A stretch of DNA of 64,000 nucleotides from Myxococcota bacterium (GTDB lineage Bacteria; Myxococcota_A; UBA9160; UBA6930). Made by a program: the position numbers and the translations under genes. This document shows, piece by piece, positions 28,334 to 38,231 of the stretch. The stretch's first letter is position 1. The number at the start of each line of letters is the position of its first letter. The stretch spans positions 544,001 through 608,000 of the forward strand of contig OZ245002.1 of assembly GCA_965223415.1 (NCBI GenBank), written 5' to 3'. Under the pieces are notes generated by a model. The model had not been told where the DNA came from and did no database searches. It worked only from the letters and a program-made list of their open reading frames with translations.

Positions 28334-28816
28334 CTAACACGCCCCGGCGAGCTCCCGCACCAGCTCCGCCAGCTCGCCGCTCCCGACGAGGCCCCGCAAC
28401 GGGTGATCGTCGTCGCGCTCGACGAGGCGGACGAGTCCGGGCGTGCCGGAGCGCGCGAGGACGCGGCTGTCTTCCGGGTCGATCAGGTCGTCCCGCAGGC
28501 CGTGGACGATCCAGATCGGAACGCCTTCCGGCAGCTCGGCGGGCAGACCGCGCCGGAGCGCAGCCTGGGCCAGGAGCAGAGTCGGCCCCGCCCAGAGGCC
28601 ACGTTGGAGCAGCGCCACGGCGACGGCTCCACCGAAGGACGAACCGACCAGCACGTCCGGCCGGAAGCTCGCGACGACTTCGGACTGCTGCACCACGCAG
28701 CCCTCGAAATCGCTCGTGTCCATGGCCGGCGTGAGCGCTTCGAAGTGCTCCGCGAGGAGCGTCGCCTTCGCGCTCTGCGGGCTGCTCTCGAGACCGTGGA
28801 CGAAGAGGACTCTCAC
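28334..28816 (-). CDS. YqiA/YcfP-like small alpha/beta hydrolase
   Basis: FVHGLESSP, VGSSFGG, HGLRDD, DDH. Confidence 0.8.
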   Translation of the reverse strand: MRVLFVHGLESSPQSAKATLLAEHFEALTPAMDTSDFEGCVVQQSEVVASFRPDVLVGSSFGGAVAVALLQRGLWAGPTLLLAQAALRRGLPAELPEGVPIWIVHGLRDDLIDPEDSRVLARSGTPGLVRLVERDDDHPLRGLVGSGELAELVRELAGAC

Positions 28817-29592
28817 TCCGGCGTGACGTACGCCGCCGTGATCCCCCCGTCGACGAGGAAGGTCGAGCCGGTCACGAACGACGATTCGTCGGAGGCCAGG
28901 AACACCACCGCCCGCGCGATCTCCTCCGCCTCGCCGAAGCGCCCCATCGGGATGTGGACGAGGCGGCGGTTCCGCTTCTCGTCCGTGTCGAGGTACTTCA
29001 TCAGCAGCTCGGTGCGCAGCGGGCCCGGGCAGAGCGCGTTCACCCGGATGCCCTCCCGGGCGTGGATCACCGCGAGCTCCCGGGAGAGGGCCAGCACGCC
29101 GCCCTTGCTGGCGGTGTAGGCGAGCTGCGGCGTGGCGGCGCCGAGCACGGCGACGAAGGAGGCGGTGTTGATCACCGAGCCGCCCCCGGCCCGCCGCAGC
29201 GCCGGGATGCCGTACTTGCAGCCGAGGAAGACGCCCTTCAGGTTGACGTTCATCGTGAGATCGAAGACGGCCTCGTCGGTGCTCTCGGCGTCGCCGTCGT
29301 CGATGTGGGAGATACCGGCGTTGTTGAAGAGCACGTGCAGCGCGCCGAAGGAGCGCTCGGTGGCGGCGACCATGCGCTCGCAGTCGGTCGCCTTCGACAC
29401 GTCGGCCTGCACGAAGAGCGCCTCGGCGCCGTCCCCGCGCAGGCGCTCGGCGGCTGCGCCGCCCTCCTCCTGGTCCAGGTCGGCGAGCACCAGGCGGGCC
29501 CCCTCGGCGGCGAAGGCGCGGGCGGTCTCGAAGCCGATCCCCCGCGCCGCACCCGTGACGAGCGCGACCTTCTCCGTCAGCCGATCCGCCAC
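28813..29592 (-). CDS. SDR family oxidoreductase
   Basis: TGAARGIG, NNAG, YTASK, VNALCPGP. Confidence 0.92.
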   Translation of the reverse strand: MADRLTEKVALVTGAARGIGFETARAFAAEGARLVLADLDQEEGGAAAERLRGDGAEALFVQADVSKATDCERMVAATERSFGALHVLFNNAGISHIDDGDAESTDEAVFDLTMNVNLKGVFLGCKYGIPALRRAGGGSVINTASFVAVLGAATPQLAYTASKGGVLALSRELAVIHAREGIRVNALCPGPLRTELLMKYLDTDEKRNRRLVHIPMGRFGEAEEIARAVVFLASDESSFVTGSTFLVDGGITAAYVTPE

Positions 29593-29595
29593 CGC

Positions 29596-30639
29596 TCAGC
29601 CGCCGATCCGGTACATCTCGATGCGCTCACCGGCCTTCCGGGGCCCGGCCTTCTCCGAGCGCTCCTCGGAGTAGCGGTCGGTCCGGGCCCGCCAGGTGCC
29701 GGTGATCAGATCGCGCAGGGTGGCGTCGCTGACGCCGGCGCGCAGCGGGCCCTTCAGATCGCGCCCGCCCCGGGCGAAGAGACAGGTGACGAGCTCGCCC
29801 TCCGCCGAGAGGCGCGCGCGGGTGCAATCGCCGCAGAAGGGTTGGGTGACCGAGGCGATCACGCCGATCTCGCCACCGCCGTCCCGGTAGCGCCAGCGCC
29901 GCGCCACCTCGCCCGGGTAGTTCGGCTCGGCGGGCTCGAGGGGCAGCTCGGCGTCGACGCGCTCGACGATCTCCCGGGCCGACTCCACCTCCTCGAGCTG
30001 CCAGGCGTTCATGGTGCCGACGTCCATGAACTCGATGAAGCGCACGATGTGTCCGCTGCCGTGGAAGTGGCGCGCCAGGGCCACGACGTCGTCCTCGTTC
30101 GCGCCGCGCCGCACGACGCAGTTGATCTTGATCGGGCCGAGGCCCGCCGCCTCGGCGGCGGCGATGCCCGCGAGCACCTGCTCCGGCGTGCCGCGTCCGC
30201 CACTCATGCGCTGGAACACCTCGGTGCGCAGCGAGTCGAGGCTGATCGTCACCCGCTGGAGACCCGCCTCAGCCAGTGCCGCGGCGTGGTCGGGAAGCAG
30301 CACGCCGTTGGTGGTGAGCGCCAGGTCCTCCACGCCGGGGATCGCGGCGAGCCCGGCGACCAGCTCGCTCAGGTTGGAGCGCACCAGCGGCTCACCGCCG
30401 GTGATGCGCAGCTTCGCCGCGCCCAGCCCCACGGCCAGGCGCGCGACGCGCAGGATCTCCTCGAAGCGCAGGATGTCCGGCCGCGGAAGGAAGCGGTAGT
30501 CCTCGCCGAACACCTCGGCGGGCATGCAGTAGGGGCAGCGGAAGTTGCAGCGATCCGTGACCGAGATGCGCAGGTCGCGGAGCATCCGCCCGCGCGTGTC
30601 GCGAAGCCCCTCTCCGCCATGGCCGCCCTGGCCGCTCAG
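29596..30639 (-). CDS. moaA: GTP 3',8-cyclase MoaA (start uncertain: CTG 30639 or ATG 30585)
   Basis: [16 protein letters not shown] radical SAM motif, [18 protein letters not shown]-terminal IGG. Confidence 0.93.
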   Translation of the reverse strand: MSGQGGHGGEGLRDTRGRMLRDLRISVTDRCNFRCPYCMPAEVFGEDYRFLPRPDILRFEEILRVARLAVGLGAAKLRITGGEPLVRSNLSELVAGLAAIPGVEDLALTTNGVLLPDHAAALAEAGLQRVTISLDSLRTEVFQRMSGGRGTPEQVLAGIAAAEAAGLGPIKINCVVRRGANEDDVVALARHFHGSGHIVRFIEFMDVGTMNAWQLEEVESAREIVERVDAELPLEPAEPNYPGEVARRWRYRDGGGEIGVIASVTQPFCGDCTRARLSAEGELVTCLFARGGRDLKGPLRAGVSDATLRDLITGTWRARTDRYSEERSEKAGPRKAGERIEMYRIGG

Positions 30640-30989
30640 TCGGCGTAGCCCCACTTCTGCTTGTTCGCGGCGACGTCCTCGGTGGAGGGCGTCGGCTTCT
30701 CGGTGACCTCGGGCACCGCGAAGGTGTCCTTGTCGTCGACGATCTTCGCGTTGAGCGCGGTGTCCTCCGCGAACACCTCGGGCACGCGCTCGTCCTCGAA
30801 GATCGCCTCCCACGGACACTCGGGCTCGCACACGCCGCAATCGATGCACTCTTCCGGGTCGATGAAGAGCTGGTTCGGGAAGGTGGTCTTGTCGTCTCCC
30901 GTGTACTCGTAGATGCAGTCGACGGGGCAGACCTCGACACAGGCCTGATCCACGCAATCCCGACAAAGACGGGTCACTACCCAGGGCAT
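30636..30989 (-). CDS. fdxA: Ferredoxin (FdxA-like dicluster)
   Basis: [18 protein letters not shown] and [17 protein letters not shown] motifs; RBS GAGGAG. Confidence 0.9.
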   Translation of the reverse strand: MPWVVTRLCRDCVDQACVEVCPVDCIYEYTGDDKTTFPNQLFIDPEECIDCGVCEPECPWEAIFEDERVPEVFAEDTALNAKIVDDKDTFAVPEVTEKPTPSTEDVAANKQKWGYAD

Positions 30990-31072
30990 CGTCTCTCCTC
31001 AGATGGGCCGCCCGGCCTTCTCTCACCGGGCGGCGGGATCCTAACCCCTCGTGGCGGCTTGGGGAAGGAATC

Positions 31073-31101
31073 TTGACTGATTGGTCGCGTATTTCTACCC
31101 T
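31073..31101 (+). promoter_or_regulatory. Putative sigma70-type promoter for grxD
   Basis: TTGACT (31073-31078), 17-bp spacer, TACCCT (31096-31101). Confidence 0.45.
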
Positions 31102-31136
31102 GCCCGCCTCGTCCGGATCTTCCCAAGGAGGCCGCC

Positions 31137-31454
31137 ATGAGCGACGCCGCCCGCGATCGCATTCAGAGCCTGGTGGACGGAGAACCCGTCGTCCTGTTCA
31201 TGAAGGGCAACCGCCAGATGCCCCAGTGCGGCTTCTCGGCCCAGGTGGTGCAGATCCTGGACACGCTGGTGCCCGACTACACCACCGTGAACGTGCTCGA
31301 GGATCCCGAGATCCGGCAGGGCATCAAGGACTTCTCGAACTGGCCCACGATCCCCCAGCTCTACGTGCGTGGCGAGTTCGTGGGCGGCTGCGACATCATC
31401 AAGGAGATGTACCAGTCCGGTGAGCTCCAGCCGCAGCTGCGCGGCGACGGCTGA
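31137..31454 (+). CDS. grxD: Monothiol glutaredoxin Grx4
   Basis: [34 protein letters not shown]. Confidence 0.95.
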   Translation: MSDAARDRIQSLVDGEPVVLFMKGNRQMPQCGFSAQVVQILDTLVPDYTTVNVLEDPEIRQGIKDFSNWPTIPQLYVRGEFVGGCDIIKEMYQSGELQPQLRGDG

Positions 31455-31476
31455 GCCCGCCGCGAGGATCCGATCC

Positions 31477-32361
31477 TTGGATCCCCAGCCTGCCGCACCC
31501 GCCGTCTTCGACGTCGGCGACGAGGGCTTCGTCGCCGAGGTGCTGGAGGCGTCCCACCAGGTCCCGATCGTCGCGGACTTCTGGGCTCCCTGGTGCGGGC
31601 CGTGCAAGGCCCTGGGACCGATCCTCGAGCGATTGGCACGGGAGTCCGGCGGCGCGTTCCGCCTCGCCCGGGTGAACGTGGATGAGGCGCCCCAGGTCGC
31701 CGCGCAGGTGCAGGCCCGCAGCATCCCGCTGGTCGTGGGCTTCCGGGACGGGCGGGCCGTCGCCGAGTTCGTCGGCGCCCAGCCCGAGAGCGCCGTGCGC
31801 CAGTTCCTGGAGCAGCTCCTCCCCAGCGAGGCGGACCAGCTCGCCGACGAGGGGCGCGACCTCCTCACCGGCGCCCAGCCGGGGGCCGCCGAGCAGCGGT
31901 TCCTCCTTGCCCTGGAGGCGGAGGACCGCCACCCCCGCGCGCTCCTCGGCCTGGCCCAGGTGCTCGCCGGGCGGAGTGACACCGAGGCCGCCCTGGAGGC
32001 CCTGGAGCGCATCACCCTGGCGCCCCCGGAGGTCGAGCAGGCCGCCGAGCGGCTGGCCGCCCAGATCCGCACCCAGGCCCAGGCTCCCACCGCCGACCCC
32101 GCCTCGACCGGGGCCCTGCGCATCGCCGTCGAGGCGAACCCGGACGACCTGGCCGCCCGCCTCGACCTGGGCCGCGCCCTCGCCGCGGCCCGCGACTACG
32201 AAGCTGCCCTCGCCGAGCTGCTCGAGCTCGTCCAGCGCGACAAGGACTTCGCCGACCAGGCCGCCCGCAAGGCCATGCTCGATCTCTTCGAGCTGCTCGG
32301 CGGCGACCACGATCTCACCCAGCACTACCGCACCGAGCTGGGCCGCGCCCTCTTCCGGTAG
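31477..32361 (+). CDS. cnoX: Thioredoxin-TPR chaperedoxin (CnoX/YbbN family)
   Basis: DFWAPWCGPCK, FVGAQPE, TPR region, C-terminal YRTELGRALF; TTG start assumed. Confidence 0.85.
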   Translation: MDPQPAAPAVFDVGDEGFVAEVLEASHQVPIVADFWAPWCGPCKALGPILERLARESGGAFRLARVNVDEAPQVAAQVQARSIPLVVGFRDGRAVAEFVGAQPESAVRQFLEQLLPSEADQLADEGRDLLTGAQPGAAEQRFLLALEAEDRHPRALLGLAQVLAGRSDTEAALEALERITLAPPEVEQAAERLAAQIRTQAQAPTADPASTGALRIAVEANPDDLAARLDLGRALAAARDYEAALAELLELVQRDKDFADQAARKAMLDLFELLGGDHDLTQHYRTELGRALFR

Positions 32362-32461
32362 GCGGCGCCGGCGACGTTCCGGAGCGCGACACCGAGGTTG
32401 CAGGAACGTTCCCACCGTTGCGTCGCAGCCCGGCCTCGTGTCAGCGCGATACCCTCCTCGG

Positions 32462-34786
32462 ATGCATCGGGGCTCCATCGTCCAGCCGACCTACCGCATC
32501 CGGGGCGGCGTGCCGGTGGTGCAGCTGTACGGGCGGCTGGAGAGTGGCGAGCCGTTCCTGGTCGAGGACGATCGGTTCCGTCCCTACCTGTTCGCGCCGC
32601 CCGCCGCGCGGGAGGAGCTGGCCCAGCGGAAGGGCGTGCGGATCACCGAGACCGAGCTGCACGACCTGGCGGGCCAGCCGGTCGTGCGCATCGAGGTGGC
32701 GACGCCGGGGGACGTGCCGCCGATCCGCGACCGTCTCCAGGGCCGGGGCATCGCGCCGCTCGAATCGGACATCCGCTTCCCCTACCGCTACCTGATCGAC
32801 CACGACGTGCTGGCGACCCTCGCGATCGAAGGCGAGGCAGAGCGCGTGCCCCTCGGCCCGGGCGCGCCGGAGCTGCTGCGCTTCCGGAACCCGACGATCG
32901 GGGCCACCGACGCGCGGCCCGCGCTCACGCACCTCTCGATCGACATCGAGACGACCCCCGACGCGAAGCTCGTGTTCGCCGTCGCGCTGGTGGGCTGCGG
33001 CGTGGAGGAGGTGCTCCTCGTCGCCGATCGGCCGGTGGCGGGCGCGACCGTCGTGCCGGACGAGCCGGAGCTGCTGCTCGCCACGCTGGAGCGCATCCGC
33101 GCCCTCGATCCGGACCTGCTGCTGGGCTGGGCCGTGGTCGACTTCGACGTGAAGGTGCTGGCCGGCCGCTGCGAGGCCCACGGCATCCCCTTCCACCTGG
33201 GCCGCTCCGACGAAGGCGTGCGCTTCCAGCGCGATCTGGGCTTCACTCGTCAGTCCCGCGCCGAGGTGCCGGGGCGCATGGTGCTCGACGGCATTCCTCT
33301 CGTGCGCGACGCCCTGCGCCTGCCGGACTACCGGCTCGAAACCGTCGGCCGGCACGTGCTCGGCCGCGGCAAGAAGATCGACCAGAGCGCGCCCAACAAG
33401 GCCCTGGAGATCCAGCGCATGTGGCGACAGGATCCGGAATCCCTGGTCGCCTACAACCTGGAGGACGCGCGGCTCGTGCCGGAGATCCTCGAGCACGAGG
33501 GGCTGCTCGAGCTCACGAAGGAGCGCAGCCGGCTCGGCGGCATGCAGCTCGACCGGGTGGGCGCGAGCATCGCGTCCTTCGATCGGGTCTACCTGCCGGA
33601 ACTGCGGCGCCGCGGGGTCGTGGCGCCGAGCGTCGACGCCGAGCGCAAGAGCGCGATGATCCAGGGGGGCGCGCTCCTCGATCCGCAGCCGGGCATCTAC
33701 CGCAACGTCGCAGTGCTCGACTTCAAGAGCCTGTACCCGAGCCTGATCCGCACCTTCCACCTCGACCCCCTCGCCCACGCCCGGGCCGGAGAGAACGATC
33801 CCGCGGCACCCAACGGCGCGCGCTTCTCTCGCAGCGAGGCGATCCTGCCCGGTGTGATCGAGCGCTTCATGGAGCGCCGCGAGGCCGCCCGGGCCCGCGG
33901 CGACCGCCATGGGGACCAGGCCATCAAGATCATGATGAACGCGCTGTTCGGCGTGCTGGGCGCGGCCTCCTGCCGCTTCTTCGACCCGGCCATCGCCAAC
34001 GCCATCACCGGCTTCGGCCAGCAGACCCTGCACTGGACCCGCGACGCCTTCGAGGAGACCGGGCACGCGGTGCTATACGGCGACACGGACTCGGTCTTCG
34101 TGCAGCTCCCGGAAGAGGTCGGCGCCGACGAGGCCCAGGCGCTCGCCGAGAAGCTGCGCGGACGGGTCGAGGCGCGCATCACCGAGCGCATCCGCGAGAC
34201 CTACGACGTCACACCGCGCCTCGTACTCGAACTGGAGAAGGTCTTCGCGCGGCTCATGCTCCCGCGAGTGCGCAGCGGCCGTTCCGGGAGCAAGAAGCGC
34301 TACGCGGGCTGGATCGGCGGCCCGGACACCGGCGAGCTCGTGATCGTGGGGCTCGAGAGCGTCCGGCGCGACTGGCCCGACGTCGCCCACCGGCTCCAGC
34401 AGGGCATGCTCGAGCGCCTGTTCACGGACCGGGAGGTGATGCCCTTCGTCGGGCGTCTGGTGGAGCAGGTGCGCGAGGGCGCCCTCGACGACGAGCTCGT
34501 CTACGTGAAGCGACTGCGCAAGGGATCGCTGGATAGCTACTCCGCCAACGCGCCCCACGTGGTGGTCGCGCGCAAGCTCGGCCGGCGCCCCGGCTCGGTG
34601 ATCCGCTACGTCATCACCCGCCTGGGCCCCGAGCCGGCCGAGCCCGGCGAGGCGCTGCCGACGGAGATCGACCGCGAGCACTACGTCGAGAAGGTGCTGC
34701 GCCCGGTCGCCGACGCCATCTTCGAGCTGAGCGGCCACAGCTTCGACGAAGCCATCGGCAACCCCACCCAGCTGAGCCTCCTCTGA
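32462..34786 (+). CDS. polB: DNA polymerase II (family B)
   Basis: SIDIET (ExoI), DFKSLYPS (motif A), KIMMNALFG (motif B), YGDTDS (motif C), SKKRYAG. Confidence 0.93.
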   Translation: MHRGSIVQPTYRIRGGVPVVQLYGRLESGEPFLVEDDRFRPYLFAPPAAREELAQRKGVRITETELHDLAGQPVVRIEVATPGDVPPIRDRLQGRGIAPLESDIRFPYRYLIDHDVLATLAIEGEAERVPLGPGAPELLRFRNPTIGATDARPALTHLSIDIETTPDAKLVFAVALVGCGVEEVLLVADRPVAGATVVPDEPELLLATLERIRALDPDLLLGWAVVDFDVKVLAGRCEAHGIPFHLGRSDEGVRFQRDLGFTRQSRAEVPGRMVLDGIPLVRDALRLPDYRLETVGRHVLGRGKKIDQSAPNKALEIQRMWRQDPESLVAYNLEDARLVPEILEHEGLLELTKERSRLGGMQLDRVGASIASFDRVYLPELRRRGVVAPSVDAERKSAMIQGGALLDPQPGIYRNVAVLDFKSLYPSLIRTFHLDPLAHARAGENDPAAPNGARFSRSEAILPGVIERFMERREAARARGDRHGDQAIKIMMNALFGVLGAASCRFFDPAIANAITGFGQQTLHWTRDAFEETGHAVLYGDTDSVFVQLPEEVGADEAQALAEKLRGRVEARITERIRETYDVTPRLVLELEKVFARLMLPRVRSGRSGSKKRYAGWIGGPDTGELVIVGLESVRRDWPDVAHRLQQGMLERLFTDREVMPFVGRLVEQVREGALDDELVYVKRLRKGSLDSYSANAPHVVVARKLGRRPGSVIRYVITRLGPEPAEPGEALPTEIDREHYVEKVLRPVADAIFELSGHSFDEAIGNPTQLSLL

Positions 34787-34787
34787 A

Positions 34788-34867
34788 TGAAGAAACGGGG
34801 CCAGAGTTAAGAATTCAGTTACCCCGAAGGGGGTAACTGAATTCTTAACTCTGGCCCCGTTTCTTCA
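34788..34867. repeat. Perfect 38-bp inverted repeat (80-bp hairpin), type B copy 1
   Basis: TGAAGAAACGGGGCCAGAGTTAAGAATTCAGTTACCCC, loop GAAG, then the exact reverse complement. Confidence 0.95.
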
Positions 34868-36134
34868 CGACTTCGAGGAGGGAGGCTTCGCCGGGGACGC
34901 CGATGCGGAGGGGGAAGCCGTAGAAGCCGGTTCCGCGGTGGACGTAGAGGCGGTTGGTGCCGAGGGCCCAGAGGCCGTGGTCGGGCCAGCGGCTGCGGGA
35001 GAGGACGGTCCAGTCGAGGCCGAAGCTCACCAGGCCCACCTGGCCGCCGTGGGTGTGGCCCGAGAGGACGAGATCGGCCTCCCCGTCTGGGAGATCGGCG
35101 AAGCCCAGGGGATCGTGGACGAGCCAGAGCCGCAGGTGGTCCGCCCGCCGCGGGAAGCGCGCAGCCAGGGCGCCGAGACGCTCCGCCCGCCCCTCCCGGA
35201 CCCAGTCGGCGCCCACGAGCTGGACGCGGCCGGCCGGCGTGTCGACCACCGCCTCGTCGTCCAACAGCAGGTGTGCCCCGCAGGCGGCCAGGGCGCCGCG
35301 CACCTCCTCCGGCGCCTCGTGGTCGTGGTTGCCGAAGATCGCGAAGCAACGCCCGGCGGCCGCCTTCAGCGGCGACAGGGCCTCGGCCAGGGCGCCCGGG
35401 GTCGCGTTGCCCTCCATGGTCAGCAGATCGCCGGTGATCAGCACCAGGTCGGGATCGTGCTCGAGCAGCTCGCCCAGCCGTCGCTGCAGCCGGTGGATCG
35501 GCTGCCACGGCCCGAGGTGGGGATCGGCGATCTGCACGATCCGCAGCGGGCGCTCCCCGGTCGCGGGCGGAGGCTGGCGCCGATGACGCTCGACCGGCAC
35601 CCGCGAGCGATCCGCGTGGCCGCGACCGTCGAGGACCACCCGCACGACCTCCCGCCGCAGGGTGAGCGAGGTCACGATCGCACCGGCGACCAGGGCGAGG
35701 GGGAGGAGCTGGAGCCAGCCGAGTAGGTTCGACGCGGTGCCGAGCCCCACCGCATGACTCCCGAGCCGCAGGAGCTCCGTCACCAGCAGCCACGGCCCGG
35801 CCAGCGCCCCCAGGGCCAGGAAGGCCATGCCGGGAAGGGACACACCCCAGCGGAACGCCCGGGGCCGCAGCCGCGCCCGTACCAGGGAAGCGAAATGGAC
35901 GCCGGTGGTCAGCATCCCGTAGACGAAGGCCCAACCCACGGCCCAGCGGAGCTCCTCCGGCGCCTGGGCCGCGGTGCGCGCCGCCAGGCCCACCGCCCCC
36001 GGAAACGAGAAGAGCACCAGGACCGTGGCGAAGATCGCGTAGGTCCGGCCCCGAAAACGGCCTGCGTAGAGGGGCAGCCCCACCCCGATGCCCAGCGCGA
36101 GGGTCGGCAGCAGCCAGGTGGGCGGGGCGAACAT
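34845..36134 (-). CDS. Membrane-bound metallophosphoesterase (YkuE-like)
   Basis: DPHLG, TGD, GNHD, HDP, SGHTHGGQ; N-terminal TM helices. Confidence 0.9.
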   Translation of the reverse strand: MFAPPTWLLPTLALGIGVGLPLYAGRFRGRTYAIFATVLVLFSFPGAVGLAARTAAQAPEELRWAVGWAFVYGMLTTGVHFASLVRARLRPRAFRWGVSLPGMAFLALGALAGPWLLVTELLRLGSHAVGLGTASNLLGWLQLLPLALVAGAIVTSLTLRREVVRVVLDGRGHADRSRVPVERHRRQPPPATGERPLRIVQIADPHLGPWQPIHRLQRRLGELLEHDPDLVLITGDLLTMEGNATPGALAEALSPLKAAAGRCFAIFGNHDHEAPEEVRGALAACGAHLLLDDEAVVDTPAGRVQLVGADWVREGRAERLGALAARFPRRADHLRLWLVHDPLGFADLPDGEADLVLSGHTHGGQVGLVSFGLDWTVLSRSRWPDHGLWALGTNRLYVHRGTGFYGFPLRIGVPGEASLLEVVKKRGQS

Positions 36135-36272
36135 CGAGCCGCAGGATAGGGGCCTACCGTCCCGAGCCCAGCGGGGCCCCGAGGCCCCGCTTCATTTCGG
36201 CATCACATGGCCGGGCTACCTCTTGTCGAGAAGATCGGAGCACCCCTTCCTCACCACCCGGGAGGTACCCCC

Positions 36273-36497
36273 ATGAATCCGCTCCAGCGCCTCGCTCCCC
36301 GCACCGAGACCCGGGAGATCCGCGTCCGCTTCGCCAGCCGTGCCTCGCTGCTGGCCGGCCTGGCCCGAGCTCGCCAGGAGCCCTGGGTCCGCGCGGCTCG
36401 CGTCGACCTGCCGAAGAGCGAGCTGGTCCTCGCCACCGCCGGCGGCCAGGGCCACACCGGCCGCCTGCGCCTGGTGCCCCAGAGCGCTGCCGCCTAG
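36273..36497 (+). CDS. Small hypothetical protein (74 aa)
   Basis: GGAGG RBS before the ATG; fills the gap upstream of hemF; no motif recognised. Confidence 0.5.
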   Translation: MNPLQRLAPRTETREIRVRFASRASLLAGLARARQEPWVRAARVDLPKSELVLATAGGQGHTGRLRLVPQSAAA

Positions 36498-36531
36498 GGG
36501 GCCCGCCTCCCCCCTCCGGTAGGATCCGCGG

Positions 36532-37467
36532 ATGGCTGCTGCCTCCGCTCCCGATCCGTCCGCCGTCCACGCCTACCTCGCCGACCTCCAGGACCGGATC
36601 TGTCGGGAGCTCGAGCGCGAGGACGGCCGCGCCCGCTTCCGCCGCGAGGAGCTGCCGGGCCCCGGCGGCGGGCTCGCCCGGCCCCGCGCGCTCGAGGACG
36701 GCGAGGTCGTGGAGAAGGCCGCCGTCCACTTCACCCACGCCCGGGGCCCGGGCCTGCCGCCGGCCGCCACCGAGCGCCGTCCGGAGCTGGCAGGCGCGCC
36801 CTTCGAGGCGGTCTCGCTCTCGATGATCGTCCACCCGACGAACCCCTATGTCCCGACCACCCATATGAACCTGCGCTGCTTCGTCGCCTCGCCGCCGGGG
36901 AGCGAGCCGGTGTGGTGGTGCGGGGGCGGCTTCGACCTCACGCCGACGTACGGCTTCCTGGAGGACGCCGTCCACTGGCACCGGACCGCCCGCGACGCCT
37001 GCGCGCCCTTCGGCGCCGACGCCTACCCGCGCTTCAAGGCCTGGTGCGACGAGTACTTCGCTCTCCCCCACCGCGGCGAGACCCGCGGTGTCGGCGGCCT
37101 CTTCTTCGACGACCTCGTGCTGGACGACTTCGAGACGACCTTCGCCTTCCTGCGCAGCGTGGGAGACCACTTCCTGCCCGCCTACCTGCCCCTCGTACAG
37201 CGTCGCCGGGCCATGACCTTCGGCGAGCGCCAGCGCGATTTCCAGCTGCTGCGCCGCGGGCGCTACGTGGAGTTCAATCTCGTCTACGACCGCGGCACCA
37301 GGTACGGCCTTCAGTCCGGCCGGCGGGTGGAGTCGGTGCTCGCCTCGATGCCGCCGCTGGTGCGCTGGGCCTACGACTGGCAGCCGGAGCCGGGCAGCCC
37401 GGAGGCGGAGCTTGGCGAGACGTTCCTGAAGCCGCGGGATTGGCTCGCCGACGCGCCGGAGGCCTAG
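36532..37467 (+). CDS. hemF: Oxygen-dependent coproporphyrinogen III oxidase
   Basis: [49 protein letters not shown]. Confidence 0.95.
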   Translation: MAAASAPDPSAVHAYLADLQDRICRELEREDGRARFRREELPGPGGGLARPRALEDGEVVEKAAVHFTHARGPGLPPAATERRPELAGAPFEAVSLSMIVHPTNPYVPTTHMNLRCFVASPPGSEPVWWCGGGFDLTPTYGFLEDAVHWHRTARDACAPFGADAYPRFKAWCDEYFALPHRGETRGVGGLFFDDLVLDDFETTFAFLRSVGDHFLPAYLPLVQRRRAMTFGERQRDFQLLRRGRYVEFNLVYDRGTRYGLQSGRRVESVLASMPPLVRWAYDWQPEPGSPEAELGETFLKPRDWLADAPEA

Positions 37468-38231
37468 GCGCTGAGACGCCGCCGGGTCACCCGCGCCGCC
37501 ATCCAGAGCAGCACCAGGGCAAGGGCGAGCACGTAGCCCAGGTCCCAGACGACCTGCGTCGAGAAGCTGCCGCCGAAGGCGGTGCGCATCAGGCGCACCG
37601 GGTGCAGCAGCGGCAGCACCTCGGCCACGTGCAGCCAGATGCCCGAGAGCCGCTCCTGGAGCGGGAAGAAGACGTCGGAGAAGAGGAACAGCGGCATCAG
37701 GAAGAGCGTGAAGTAGAAGCTGAAGAGGTCGATGCTCGGGATGCGCAGGGAGAAGGCGATCCCGATCGCAGCGAAGAGCAGGCCGGTGAGCGGGACGAGG
37801 GGCAGCGCGACCAGGGCGCGCAGTGGCGGGGCCAGGCCCATGGCCGTGATGACGAGCAGGAAGCAACCGCCATAGATCGTCGCGCGCGTCATCGCCCAGA
37901 GGATCTCGCCGGCCAGCACGTCCTCGGGCAGGATGGGCGCCGTCAGCATGGACTCGTAGGTCTTCTCGAAGTTCATGCGCACGTAGGCGTTGTAGGTGAC
38001 CTCGAAGCTCGCGCCGTTCATCGCAGCGACGGCCACCAACCCCGGCGCGATGAAGGCGATGTAGGAGGTGCCGCCCATCTCGGTGATGTAGGCGCCGACG
38101 CCGATGCCCATCGCCATCAGGTAGAGGACGGGCTCGAAGAAGTTCGGGAGCAGGTTGAGCTTCCAGGTCCGCCGGTAGAGGGCGAAGTTCCGCCTCCAGA
38201 CGGCCAGGGCGTGACGCGGGCTCACTGTCAC
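37464..38231 (-). CDS. ABC-2 transporter permease (NodJ-like)
   Basis: [31 protein letters not shown] overlap with the ATPase gene. Confidence 0.88.
   Translation of the reverse strand: MTVSPRHALAVWRRNFALYRRTWKLNLLPNFFEPVLYLMAMGIGVGAYITEMGGTSYIAFIAPGLVAVAAMNGASFEVTYNAYVRMNFEKTYESMLTAPILPEDVLAGEILWAMTRATIYGGCFLLVITAMGLAPPLRALVALPLVPLTGLLFAAIGIAFSLRIPSIDLFSFYFTLFLMPLFLFSDVFFPLQERLSGIWLHVAEVLPLLHPVRLMRTAFGGSFSTQVVWDLGYVLALALVLLWMAARVTRRRLSA

Noticed and set aside
32462..34786. polB as a marker of a prophage, casposon or pipolin
   Set aside because: It has Pol II-type motifs and housekeeping neighbours, with no integrase, cas1 or structural genes nearby.
34788..34867. Simple rho-independent terminator
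   Set aside because: The 38-bp stem, the second dispersed copy and the lack of a clear U-tract fit a repeat element better. Terminator activity is not excluded.
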